A stretch of 64,000 bases of DNA from positions 32,001 to 96,000 of the IMG/VR virus record IMGVR_UViG_3300042309_002885; one strand, given 5' to 3'. Positions within the stretch are counted from its first letter, which is position 1. Each line of letters starts with the position of its first letter. The position numbers and the translations under genes were made by a program. Below, in pieces: positions 38,427 to 47,675 of this stretch. Source of the stretch: a virus. A model generated the notes under the pieces. The model saw only the letters and a program-made list of their open reading frames with translations, searched no databases and had not been told where the DNA came from.

Positions 38427-39176
38427 ATGACTCACAAGTCCCCTACGCGTAAGCGTAAAAATGCAGGTTTGGATGAATTAGTAGATATCGAAGATTCTAT
38501 CCAAAAAAACTGGCTTTTTAATTTTAAAATTAAAAAGCCCTTCTACTTCAACACCAACCACAAAGCGTTTTATGAGTGTATAAAGCGTGAAGAGACTAAT
38601 ATGGTCTTTGTTGATGGTCCAGCGGGTAGTGCAAAGTCATATATTGCCGTACTTGCCGGGTTAGAGCTTATAAAAGATCAAAAGACACGAGGTATTACCT
38701 ACATTAGATCTGTTATTGAGTCTGCGTCAAGATCTATTGGTGCACTTCCAGGTGAGGTAGATGATAAATTCTTACCTTACGCAATGCCTTTAATTGAAAA
38801 GGTTAGAGAGGTTACCGATGATAGTACATGCGGGTTACTACAGTCTAGTAACATTATACATGCAGTGCCTGTTAACTTTGTTAGAGGACTTACATTCAAC
38901 GATAGTGTTGTAATAGTTGACGAAGCGCAAAATCTAACCAAGGGTGAGCTTGTAACAATATTAACGCGTTTTGGTAAGAATACAAAATATATTGTTTGTG
39001 GAGATTTAAAACAATCTGATATTGGTAAAGCTTCAGGATATGAGGAAATATTTAAACGTTTTAATAATGAAAAATGCGTAGATAATGAAATCTACGCATT
39101 TAAATTTGGTGAAGCAGAAATCGTAAGAAGTAAAATTCTACGATTTATTGTTGATGTTTTAGAAGCTAAACATTAA
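38427..39176 (+). CDS. phoH: PhoH-like ATPase
   Basis: GPAGSAKS, GALPG, FVRGLTF, VDEAQN, GD.KQSD, IVRS. Confidence 0.92.
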   Translation: MTHKSPTRKRKNAGLDELVDIEDSIQKNWLFNFKIKKPFYFNTNHKAFYECIKREETNMVFVDGPAGSAKSYIAVLAGLELIKDQKTRGITYIRSVIESASRSIGALPGEVDDKFLPYAMPLIEKVREVTDDSTCGLLQSSNIIHAVPVNFVRGLTFNDSVVIVDEAQNLTKGELVTILTRFGKNTKYIVCGDLKQSDIGKASGYEEIFKRFNNEKCVDNEIYAFKFGEAEIVRSKILRFIVDVLEAKH

Positions 39177-39802
39177 CCCCAGCTAGTACCAGAAAACCAG
39201 TTACCTTTACCGGATGTAACGTTTGAGCCTACGTGTGCAGCGTTAGCGGATACATGCCCAATATCTATCGATGGACTTACATTATTTGTAGTAATGTTAA
39301 CCTCTTCATGTACTTTGCTATTAAGTGGTTGTGTGCTTGGTTTTGTTAAGCAGCATTTTTTTTCTGTGTAAGTAGCGGAATTTTCTTCGTGTTCAAACAC
39401 TTCAACCTTTTCCACCCAGCATCTATCGTTGGTGTGATTTTTAATAAAATTATTTGCAACACTAAAAACCGTTTCGGCAACTCGCTCAATACCTACACCC
39501 TTTTCTAAGACTCTTAATTGAATAATTCCTCGCTTATCGAGATCTTCAAAAACAGGTAATTCAGGATCATCTGCTGCAACAGTTGTAGTATGATCAAAAA
39601 TATGCTTAAGTTTATCTTTAAGATCTTTTAGTCCTCCAAAATCTACACACCAGTTTTTATCATCAAGAGATGAAGCTCCAAACCAGAGCTTAGCTTTAAG
39701 TTGATAACCGTGAAGGAATTTACAATGTGAATGCGAAGCCCTCCATTGGCGAAACGCACATGATCCTAATTCAATAATTTTTGTTGATTCATACTTACTC
39801 AT
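39173..39802 (-). CDS. queD: 6-carboxy-tetrahydropterin synthase with a C-terminal extension
   Basis: HCKFLHGY, WCVDFGGLK, FDH, E..A, VEVFEH..NSA. Confidence 0.88.
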   Translation of the reverse strand: MSKYESTKIIELGSCAFRQWRASHSHCKFLHGYQLKAKLWFGASSLDDKNWCVDFGGLKDLKDKLKHIFDHTTTVAADDPELPVFEDLDKRGIIQLRVLEKGVGIERVAETVFSVANNFIKNHTNDRCWVEKVEVFEHEENSATYTEKKCCLTKPSTQPLNSKVHEEVNITTNNVSPSIDIGHVSANAAHVGSNVTSGKGNWFSGTSWG

Positions 39803-39811
39803 AATTTATAT

Positions 39812-39840
39812 AGTATAGGCACCATATAAATATTTTTCAA
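39812..39840 (-). promoter_or_regulatory. sigma70-like promoter of queD
   Basis: TTGAAA-N17-TATACT-N9-ATG. Confidence 0.7.
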
Positions 39841-40784
39841 CTGCGAGAAAGTAATAAAGTTTCTTCTAATAGTTGTTTCTGTGTTTTGCCTGTTATAGGT
39901 ACGTTAGATTCTACATACAGTGGAACTAGGACGCTTTTTAGTTTATCTATTTGATTATCAGGTATTACCGTGTTTATATCAACTATATTTACACCCGTTG
40001 CTTTGCTTATTAAATCCTGTAAGTTTTTAGCATTAGGTAGTACATTTCTTGCAGACCTGTCATTTAATCGAATCTCTCTTGTTAAAAAAGCGATAATATT
40101 TTTAACGGGATAGCCATTTGCTTTATTATCTCTATACCTACGTACAAGCTCATTAAATACAGGCAATCGTCCCGTTTTACTTGCACTTGAATGATATACA
40201 TACCCCGTCTTTGTATCATATATCTCACCTATCTGTAGCCCCTTGGCTGTTCTAAAAACTTCTGCTGTTAGGGTCGCAAGCGGCGTTGTTTCTTCGGTTT
40301 TAGAAGGTGTATCTTCAGCGTCGCCCTGCTTTTTAACTTTACGTATTTTACGTTTAACTATTTCACGTCCAATGGGTATAAATGGCTTTACTAACGATCC
40401 CGCTGCTTCTCCGTATTGTTTGTATCTACGGTCTCCACCACGCTCATATACATATGCTGTAAAGGTTATAAGTGTTACGTTTTTAGGACCGACTAACTCT
40501 CTAAACCAGGATTTTTTAGGGTTAGCGGGTTTTTGTTTTTGGTCAATAATTTTAACTAGTTCTATATCAGTATTATACCCAAGATATTGCTCTAAAACAC
40601 TAGCAGGTTGTTGACTTTTATACGCGCTATAGGTTTTGATAAACGGACTTGCGACTGCTGCTAAAGGTTCTGTTATTTCGGGAGCAAAGGCTGTAATAGC
40701 TGCTTTTGCTGCAGCAGCACCACCTCTAATTCGATCTAAAAACCCAGTCTCTAATAAAAGATCCTTTTGTGTTATGTGACCCAT
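39837..40784 (-). CDS. late hypothetical protein, possibly virion-internal
   Basis: TATAAATA at 40790-40797 points to the start MGHITQKDLLLE at 40784. Confidence 0.65.
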   Translation of the reverse strand: MGHITQKDLLLETGFLDRIRGGAAAAKAAITAFAPEITEPLAAVASPFIKTYSAYKSQQPASVLEQYLGYNTDIELVKIIDQKQKPANPKKSWFRELVGPKNVTLITFTAYVYERGGDRRYKQYGEAAGSLVKPFIPIGREIVKRKIRKVKKQGDAEDTPSKTEETTPLATLTAEVFRTAKGLQIGEIYDTKTGYVYHSSASKTGRLPVFNELVRRYRDNKANGYPVKNIIAFLTREIRLNDRSARNVLPNAKNLQDLISKATGVNIVDINTVIPDNQIDKLKSVLVPLYVESNVPITGKTQKQLLEETLLLSRS

Positions 40785-40832
40785 GTACATATTTATAGTA
40801 GAAAATGAAATATTTAGTATTATATTTAGCTT

Positions 40833-41501
40833 ATGGATGATTTTGAAGAACAAGACCTACAAGGTGAAGCGGTAAAGCTACCTAACGCTAATGGCAATGC
40901 ACCTAGAACAGATAAAGAAAAACAAAATATAATTAAACGCGCTGCAAAAGCTTATGAAAAGTATCTAGACGCATTAGGCTTTGATTGGAGAAACGATCCA
41001 AACTCCTCTAATACACCGATGCGAGTAGCGAAAGCTTTTGTTAATGATATCGCATCGGGGTGCTATAATAACCCACCGACGGTGACAGCGTTTCCTACTG
41101 ATGGTTATGACGGGGTTATAGCACAATGTAATATACCTGTCAAATCCCTCTGCTCACACCATCACCTTGCTTTTACAGGTGTAGCTCATGTAGCATATAT
41201 TCCTTCTCTCGATGGTAAGGTTATCGGACTTAGTAAGCTTAATCGTATAGTTGAATTCTATGCACGTAGACCTCAAATTCAGGAAGGTCTTACCAAACAA
41301 ATTGCAGAAGCTATTGATCAGGTATGTGAAAAAAATCGCGGAGTAGCCGTAGTTGTTAAAGCTCAACATACATGTGCATGTCACCGCGGTGTAAAGCATG
41401 AAGGCTGTTATATGATTACATCAAAGCTAACAGGTGATTTTATGGAAGATGAAAAGACACGGACGGAGTTCTATAAGTTTATTGATATGGCCTCTAAATA
41501 G
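40833..41501 (+). CDS. folE: GTP cyclohydrolase I
   Basis: [43 protein letters not shown]. Confidence 0.95.
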   Translation: MDDFEEQDLQGEAVKLPNANGNAPRTDKEKQNIIKRAAKAYEKYLDALGFDWRNDPNSSNTPMRVAKAFVNDIASGCYNNPPTVTAFPTDGYDGVIAQCNIPVKSLCSHHHLAFTGVAHVAYIPSLDGKVIGLSKLNRIVEFYARRPQIQEGLTKQIAEAIDQVCEKNRGVAVVVKAQHTCACHRGVKHEGCYMITSKLTGDFMEDEKTRTEFYKFIDMASK

Positions 41502-41521
41502 GAACTTAGTCATACTTCTGT

Positions 41522-42058
41522 ATGAATATTTTTATTACTAATGAAGATCCCGTGTTAGCCGCACGGGATCTTTGTGATAAGCATGTACGGTCTAAAATGC
41601 AAATTGAAGGAGCTATTATGTTAGCTCATGCGTTTCCTCAAGAGGTTTTAGATCACCCCTCTACTCCAAAAACCAAAACTGGTAAGTCTCGTAAATCTGG
41701 TAAAGGGTATTCAAAGCATCAATGTTCTATATGGGCGCGAGAGTCAAAAGAAAATTTTATGTGGTTAGTAAATCACACTCTTGAGCAGTTTGAAGAAAGA
41801 ATGTATAGGTGGCCTAATTCGACTGAGCATTTCACAAAAGAATTTATCGGATGGTGTAGTAAAAATTTACATAATACTTTTATTGAAAAAACTTCATTAA
41901 CTCCTTTTGCTGTAGCTATAAAAAGTGATTGCATTTGTCGTAAAATTATTACTAATTTTGACAGCTTACCGGTAGTAGAGCAATATAGAGCTTATATAAT
42001 ACACGATAAAAGTTTTGCTGCCTGGACAAAAAGAGAAATACCTAGTTGGTATAGTTAA
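41522..42058 (+). CDS. pyrimidine-dimer DNA glycosylase / endonuclease V-like protein
   Basis: MNIF....DP..AA..LCDKHV..KM..E, H.CSIW.R.S..N..WL, YRAY...K. Confidence 0.75.
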   Translation: MNIFITNEDPVLAARDLCDKHVRSKMQIEGAIMLAHAFPQEVLDHPSTPKTKTGKSRKSGKGYSKHQCSIWARESKENFMWLVNHTLEQFEERMYRWPNSTEHFTKEFIGWCSKNLHNTFIEKTSLTPFAVAIKSDCICRKIITNFDSLPVVEQYRAYIIHDKSFAAWTKREIPSWYS

Positions 42059-42482
42059 TCTCGATCTGATCATCAGCAATATGATTTGAAGATACATCAA
42101 TTAGCGCGTCAAGCTGCTTAATAAAATCTTTACCTATAAGTACTTTATACTCATTCTGCGATCTATTACCAATACTAAAAGGTATATTATCGAACTCTGT
42201 TCCAGCAAATTTCATTCTAAATGAAACAACAGGTCTTTCCTCTACGTGACCTGCACCTACATTAATGTTAATAGTATCATGAACGTCTTTAATGATTCGC
42301 TTACCGCCGACCGTTGTAAAGGTAACCTTATTGCCTTGCTTTGCAATATCATCGCCGTGTAACACGTTGTAAGCTCCATTACCAGAGTCAATTTTTGCCT
42401 CGAGAGATCCGACTCCAGCGAGCTCTATTTTTTCAATAAGGCCTATAACTGTCGCTTCAAAGAATTTCTTAAAACTTTTCAT
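42042..42482 (-). CDS. retropepsin-like aspartic protease (RimK-associated type)
   Basis: EAKIDSGNG.YNVLH, ERPVV, SIGNRS....VLIGKDF; start MKSFKKFFE is TAATG-coupled to the upstream gene. Confidence 0.8.
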   Translation of the reverse strand: MKSFKKFFEATVIGLIEKIELAGVGSLEAKIDSGNGAYNVLHGDDIAKQGNKVTFTTVGGKRIIKDVHDTININVGAGHVEERPVVSFRMKFAGTEFDNIPFSIGNRSQNEYKVLIGKDFIKQLDALIDVSSNHIADDQIEINYTN

Positions 42483-42973
42483 TAATGACAATCTGGGCAA
42501 CCTCCGCAAGTACAGCCTTGTTTTGCATAAGAACAACCTACATCTTCATGACCCGCATTATACATATCCTCCTCCTCATGATGGCAACAATCTGTACCTT
42601 CACCTTCGTGTTGTTTGAACTCCATCCAGTGATAAACAGAAGAAATATAATCGGACGCCTTTGTAATTTTTGAAGATACCCACCCCTCTAATCCAGACAT
42701 CTGCTGTACCATTTCCTTTAATTTAGGAGCATATTCAGCGAGCTTATGAAGTTCAGCTGATGCCATTTCTATTTCACTGGGGTCGTTTTCACCTGCATGC
42801 TCTGCATGTTCTTCTTCATGTGATTCATGACCTTCGTGATCGATCTCTGCACCAGGTAAATCCATCGTTATCATTACTGGTTTACCGCCTAACATACTAG
42901 TAGGTGATAGTGGCGTACCACCTACATTACCATATGCTTCTGCTAGCATCTTTAAATCTTCTCTCTTTGACAT
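42482..42973 (-). CDS. late hypothetical protein with His-rich segments and a Cys-rich tail
   Basis: CATAAATA upstream; LEGWVSSKITKASDY helix; CxxxxCxCxxCxxC at the C-terminus. Confidence 0.7.
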   Translation of the reverse strand: MSKREDLKMLAEAYGNVGGTPLSPTSMLGGKPVMITMDLPGAEIDHEGHESHEEEHAEHAGENDPSEIEMASAELHKLAEYAPKLKEMVQQMSGLEGWVSSKITKASDYISSVYHWMEFKQHEGEGTDCCHHEEEDMYNAGHEDVGCSYAKQGCTCGGCPDCH

Positions 42974-42981
42974 GTTAATAT

Positions 42982-43515
42982 TTATGTTATACCTAGTATC
43001 TTCTTAATTCTTTCTTTATCAGTTTGATTAATAATTTCCGGTACAAAGAAATCTATTGAAGTGGGGTCTTTAGATATTATTTTTTCTCTTGTTGTAGTTC
43101 CACGTACACCCTCTCCACTTAGAGGTATATCCACTATATATACATTGGGGTATTTTTCAGGGTTTTTACGGAAAGAATTATATCTTGCACTATCTTCCGG
43201 GCCAGCACCAACAATAATATTTAAGTTAGGATTATCTAGAGCATAATCATAAGTAGAATTTAACGGTGTAACCGGACTCTTATACACTTCTACAGGTCTT
43301 GATAGATAAGGTACATATATACTCCATATCAAATATGACGTTTCCTGATCTATACCATCACGAGGGCTTTTACCTATAAATACAACACCCTTATCTGCTT
43401 TTTTTAATAATTCGTTTAGTGCTTCAAAATGTCCCTTGGTGGGTGGTTTGAAGCCTCCAGGGAAGACAGCCACTGTTTCTTTTTTCTGCTCAAAGAATAT
43501 TTTAAAACTTTTCAT
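42982..43515 (-). CDS. HIGH-superfamily (cytidylyltransferase-like) nucleotidyltransferase
   Basis: VAVFPGGFKPPTKGH, IIVGAG..D..RY, GVRGTTTR. Confidence 0.8.
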   Translation of the reverse strand: MKSFKIFFEQKKETVAVFPGGFKPPTKGHFEALNELLKKADKGVVFIGKSPRDGIDQETSYLIWSIYVPYLSRPVEVYKSPVTPLNSTYDYALDNPNLNIIVGAGPEDSARYNSFRKNPEKYPNVYIVDIPLSGEGVRGTTTREKIISKDPTSIDFFVPEIINQTDKERIKKILGIT

Positions 43516-45206
43516 ATACGACCTTTATTTTTATGGAAAGTTGGGGATATAACCTTAAAGATAAATGTATCTGTTGGTTGTGAAATCTTTATAACTAAGC
43601 CTTCATAATCACCTAGCTTCCCTGCTAGTTTTCCTAACTTACGAAGTATTTTTGTGTGCATCCTGCGCTGATACGGTAATAGTACCCTTATTAAATGAGA
43701 CCTCATGTCTTTTTTAGCTGCTTGATCGTCACGCTTTCTCGAGGCGTTGTAAAGAACTTCTTCGTAATTTGGGTTTTGAGCCACGAAGGTTTTAATCTCC
43801 TGAGCTGCATTTTCTGTTTCGTATTTTAAATTTATTGGATCAAACACATCAATGCCGAGAGGTATAAATTTAACATTACTATCCGATAGATCGGTTAAAC
43901 TTCTCGTTATACCTTCCACCAATTCTGAAGAAAGCTCCTGGCCATTATAATCTGTTACAGAAATAATAGGAAAAGTCGACCATACACCTAGCTTGTCTCT
44001 CTCATAATTTGTTGCAACAAAGTATACAATACCCGGAAGCTCTTCACGTGTTAGTGCAAACGGTGAGTAAAGCCATTCTGCCTGTACTCTAATACCATCA
44101 ATTTTTAAGTCCTTTTTATATCTCAACAGTGTTTTATATACAAGTTTTTTAATCTTAGAGAAGTTTTCTTCGAAAGCCTTTCTGGTGGGTTCATGCATTA
44201 TTTTATCCTTAAAAACACCATCAACAACAGGCCCTGAATAGCTACCCTGTAAAAAGAATTTATTTTGCGGAGTAATGCCGAACTTAACTGACATCCCATC
44301 AGCTTTTTCTGATATACTTGAATTACCTGGTTGTATTACGCCATTTGTTTGCTCTAATGCATCAATAAGTTTGGTGAAGTTTTCAAAATCCATTGAATAC
44401 TGATTCGGTTTATATTCTGAATATAAGTGTTGCACTCCTATTCTTTTACCTGTCGAATCAGCGCTTTCTTTCACAATCTCATTACCACTAAAAATATCTA
44501 TACCGTCCTTGCTAATAGTCTGTCTTGCTTCATTAAGGAGTGACATTATTATGTTAATATCCTTATATTTTTTGAGTAGAAATGCTATTATAGATTTTAT
44601 ATTGATGAGGTTTCTAGCACGTGCGCTAGAATCACCCAGCAAAATTTGTGACACTCTATCTGGATTTGTATTTTCAATAGTACTACCTGTTTGACGATCT
44701 GTAATACCTTTTAAGCCACTCCACCTTAAATTTAAATTTTTAGCCAAGTTAGCCATAACTACACTTCTATACGCTCCCTTAAGCGGGAAGGGTTCGTCGT
44801 TAGCTAGTGCAAATTTTGCAAAATTAATATCGGGTACAAACATGAAATCTGTTTGTACATATTCACCGTCTTTGTTGTATATGGGTGTTTTGAAATGAAC
44901 ACTTATACCTGATTTTGCAATATAATCTTTTGGATTTAAGTTACGTTCCATACACCAATTGGCAAGAATATCGTATAACCGTACCTTAGACATTTTAAGC
45001 TCGTTAATAGCTATATCTAAATCTCCTGATGTCTCTCTTTTGCCTGTACTACCTAATAGGTTATTGTTTAAATTTACCCCTACTATTTTGGATAGAAAAT
45101 CTACAGTTGGCTTTATGTCTACTAAGCTTATACGCTGCGTAGGATGTTGTTTAAAAACATTACCACCTTCTTGGAGAATGTTAAAGTATTTGTAAAAGTT
45201 AATCAT
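43512..45206 (-). CDS. fusion of a DNA pol-beta-superfamily nucleotidyltransferase and an RNA-ligase-like (ATP-grasp) domain
   Basis: N-terminal GGNVF, LLGSTGK..TSGDLDIA, VQTDF; C-terminal SEKADG, QAEWL, YFV, YEGLVIK, FKVIS. Confidence 0.75.
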   Translation of the reverse strand: MINFYKYFNILQEGGNVFKQHPTQRISLVDIKPTVDFLSKIVGVNLNNNLLGSTGKRETSGDLDIAINELKMSKVRLYDILANWCMERNLNPKDYIAKSGISVHFKTPIYNKDGEYVQTDFMFVPDINFAKFALANDEPFPLKGAYRSVVMANLAKNLNLRWSGLKGITDRQTGSTIENTNPDRVSQILLGDSSARARNLINIKSIIAFLLKKYKDINIIMSLLNEARQTISKDGIDIFSGNEIVKESADSTGKRIGVQHLYSEYKPNQYSMDFENFTKLIDALEQTNGVIQPGNSSISEKADGMSVKFGITPQNKFFLQGSYSGPVVDGVFKDKIMHEPTRKAFEENFSKIKKLVYKTLLRYKKDLKIDGIRVQAEWLYSPFALTREELPGIVYFVATNYERDKLGVWSTFPIISVTDYNGQELSSELVEGITRSLTDLSDSNVKFIPLGIDVFDPINLKYETENAAQEIKTFVAQNPNYEEVLYNASRKRDDQAAKKDMRSHLIRVLLPYQRRMHTKILRKLGKLAGKLGDYEGLVIKISQPTDTFIFKVISPTFHKNKGRI

Positions 45207-45336
45207 ACTGAGATAGAATGTTTTTTATTTCCGGGGTACTAGTATTAATTTTTGTTATATTAGCCTTACTCTGTGTAATATCTGCTTTACTACCACCTCT
45301 CACTAAATTTTTCCGTATAAATTTTTTGTAGCTCTC

Positions 45337-46062
45337 TTAGACATTACTTAAATTATCTTCTACTTCTTTGTCTTCAAGTGATTGTGCTAAAATGCTCTGA
45401 ATAGCTTCTACTATTTTTTCTGGATCAATATCTGCATATTCATTTACAATAGGTTTAATTATCATTAACTCTTCATCAGTAGGTGAGTGTTTAAGAGCTT
45501 TCATAATTAACTCTTTATAGAGCGAATTAAAAACCTCTGATAGGTCGAGGTCATTTTCTGAATTACTACCCGGTGGTGTCTCGAGCTTAGTATCTGCACT
45601 AGGTGCTATTTTACTTGTATCAGATTGTGGTTCTGTTGCATCAGCAGACTGTTCAATAAATATCATATATTTATTGAGTAAATTGAGAGTTTTCGACTCT
45701 ACTCTCAGACTTCTATCTAATGATATAATTTGCTTTATATTTTTAATTACTTTTGAAACAGGTACATTTACCATGTTTTTAATTGTATCTATTTTATTAT
45801 AGATATATTTTTCTCTCTGTGAGCCAAACATCTTTGGGTTGAAGATAAAAGCATTTGTAAGAATTTTTATTACATATTTCTCGTTGCTAGTTAGTTGTTT
45901 AGGCACTCCGGTAGGTGCTTCTTGTGCTGTATTAGGTATGGGTGTAATACCTGCAGGATTCATTCCAGCTACAGTGCTACCAGGCTGTTCTGGCGTCTGT
46001 TCTTCAAGAACACCGTATTTAACTAGATAATTATTAAAAAGTTGTATTGTTTTATTTTTCAT
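45337..46062 (-). CDS. late hypothetical protein
   Basis: ATGA-coupled to the upstream ORF; internally duplicated helical segments. Confidence 0.65.
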   Translation of the reverse strand: MKNKTIQLFNNYLVKYGVLEEQTPEQPGSTVAGMNPAGITPIPNTAQEAPTGVPKQLTSNEKYVIKILTNAFIFNPKMFGSQREKYIYNKIDTIKNMVNVPVSKVIKNIKQIISLDRSLRVESKTLNLLNKYMIFIEQSADATEPQSDTSKIAPSADTKLETPPGSNSENDLDLSEVFNSLYKELIMKALKHSPTDEELMIIKPIVNEYADIDPEKIVEAIQSILAQSLEDKEVEDNLSNV

Positions 46063-46535
46063 ATAACGTTTACACTATTTGAGGTTAGGCCCTTCTTTGA
46101 TGCTTTAATAGCTTCGCGTATATTATTTGTAACACGCTTATATACACCAATACCCTCTTTTGCGACATTTTCACGCTCACCCACTGCTGTTTTAGCTTGC
46201 TGGTATGCAGATCCTAACTTACCTGCTGCCCACCCAAGAGGTCCATTTTTTGCTTTTGCTGCGAGTTCTTCAACTCCATGGTCTAAGCTATACGTAATAC
46301 TCTCATTATCTTCTTCAGGTGTATTACTATTGTTTGACTCACTAACACTTGTAACATGCAATGTAATAGTACTTCCTTTTACTTGTATTAGAAGTTCTTC
46401 TGGTTTATTCGTAGATATTACATTTATTTCAGGTATTTTATTTAAAAGATCTGCTAACAAATCTACCATTTCTCCCTTTGCAGTACTATCTGCAGAAGGC
46501 ATAGTACCCTCTACAATATCTAAAAACTTACTCAT
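46059..46535 (-). CDS. late hypothetical protein (MSKFLDIVE...)
   Basis: GATAAATA 5 nt upstream. Confidence 0.65.
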   Translation of the reverse strand: MSKFLDIVEGTMPSADSTAKGEMVDLLADLLNKIPEINVISTNKPEELLIQVKGSTITLHVTSVSESNNSNTPEEDNESITYSLDHGVEELAAKAKNGPLGWAAGKLGSAYQQAKTAVGERENVAKEGIGVYKRVTNNIREAIKASKKGLTSNSVNVI

Positions 46536-46543
46536 GTTTATAT

Positions 46544-47074
46544 TTATCGTAAAAGCATAATTTTATTACCTGGCTGCTTTAGATAAGTATCAACAACATA
46601 GAGCAGTTGCCATTTTTTTAAAAAACGCTTAAATTTCTGAAAAGCCTTTACACTATCCTTTTTTAGCATAATGCATCTTTCTAATTCCTCTACACACATA
46701 CAATCTCTATTATCTAATTTAGATACGAATTGCTGTAGATATAAATCACTAAAAATTACCTGACATGGTAATTTTTCTAAGAATTCAACAATAAAACGAG
46801 TGTTGTTATCATTTTTATTTTTTTTAAAAAAAATAATTATTTCTTTATTTTTGGATTCTTTTTTTAAAAAATCGCATAATGCTAATAAAACACTATGATA
46901 AAGAAGTTTAATACTATCGTTCGATTTGAGATCTGTTATTGAATATGAATCTAAAAGAGGATATAATTTTAGATATGCGTCATTTAAAATATAATCGAAA
47001 TTAATTAAGAGTAAATTATGTTTTTTTAACTCTTGATATTCCAGGTCTTGATACTCGTAAGTTAATAATTCCAT
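46544..47074 (-). CDS. hypothetical protein
   Basis: ORF with probable start MELLTYE; no motif recognised. Confidence 0.55.
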   Translation of the reverse strand: MELLTYEYQDLEYQELKKHNLLLINFDYILNDAYLKLYPLLDSYSITDLKSNDSIKLLYHSVLLALCDFLKKESKNKEIIIFFKKNKNDNNTRFIVEFLEKLPCQVIFSDLYLQQFVSKLDNRDCMCVEELERCIMLKKDSVKAFQKFKRFLKKWQLLYVVDTYLKQPGNKIMLLR

Positions 47075-47444
47075 TATAATAATCCTCGCGTAATAAAACC
47101 TCTTTGTCAAATTGAAGTTTAGCTTCTGCATATGCAAGTGCAAATTTTGACTCACAAAATTGTAATATTTCAAACTTGAAATTATTTTTACCGTGTATTT
47201 TAATATCTTCGTTTAATTCTCTTGAGGATGATGTGTATACTCTCCAGTCAGTTTCAACAGCTTGATGCCTTTTTTTTGTCTTACCTTTTAAAGGTTGCTT
47301 TTTTTTAATAGTTATGCACTGTTTTTTACCTATATATTTTTTATTTGTTATTATACATGTAATGCAATATATAAAGCCGAAGGGCGTAGTAGCTGTATTA
47401 TAAACTACATTTTCCGCTAAATGCCAGTGACCAGTATCAATCAT
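47016..47444 (-). CDS. GIY-YIG nuclease (SegE-like, conserved in T4-like phages)
   Basis: FGFIYCIT..ITNKKYIGKKQ, DWRVYTSSS, F..EIL, YYNG. Confidence 0.85.
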   Translation of the reverse strand: MIDTGHWHLAENVVYNTATTPFGFIYCITCIITNKKYIGKKQCITIKKKQPLKGKTKKRHQAVETDWRVYTSSSRELNEDIKIHGKNNFKFEILQFCESKFALAYAEAKLQFDKEVLLREDYYNGIINLRVSRPGISRVKKT

Positions 47445-47650
47445 TTTTTTATTTTCTTGCGGCGCTTATTTTTATACTTACCTTTTCTTGTAAATACAGC
47501 GCCGCCTTTTGGTATTTGTAACTTGCCCGGAGCATAAAAATCACCACTAAAAGGTGTATCTGGTGTAAATCCTCCTACACTACCTCCAAGTGCAGAACCT
47601 GCTGTGAGGTTTTCATAAAAAAACTGCTTAAAAGTTCCAGTTGATTTCAT
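47441..47650 (-). CDS. small late protein (MKSTGTFKQFFYE...)
   Basis: TATAAATA at 47660-47667; Gly-rich core and basic tail. Confidence 0.65.
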   Translation of the reverse strand: MKSTGTFKQFFYENLTAGSALGGSVGGFTPDTPFSGDFYAPGKLQIPKGGAVFTRKGKYKNKRRKKIKK

Positions 47651-47669
47651 TATATAAAGTATTTATAAT
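47641..47669 (+). promoter_or_regulatory. sigma70-like promoter of uvsY, overlapping a divergent late promoter
   Basis: TTGATT-N17-TATAAT-N6-GTG; TATAAATA on the minus strand at 47660-47667. Confidence 0.75.
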
Positions 47670-47675
47670 AATTCT

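Noticed and set aside
45207-45336. Intergenic stretch with an open 45-codon frame after the 45337 stop and a tag-like LRELQKIYTE in another frame
   Set aside because: No suitable start codon; it would need several frameshifts, so it could be a decayed gene but is not supportable
47016-47444. GIY-YIG as a mobile homing endonuclease
   Set aside because: Short single-domain form with no NUMOD DNA-binding tail, coupled to a late gene; looks like a resident T4-like nuclease
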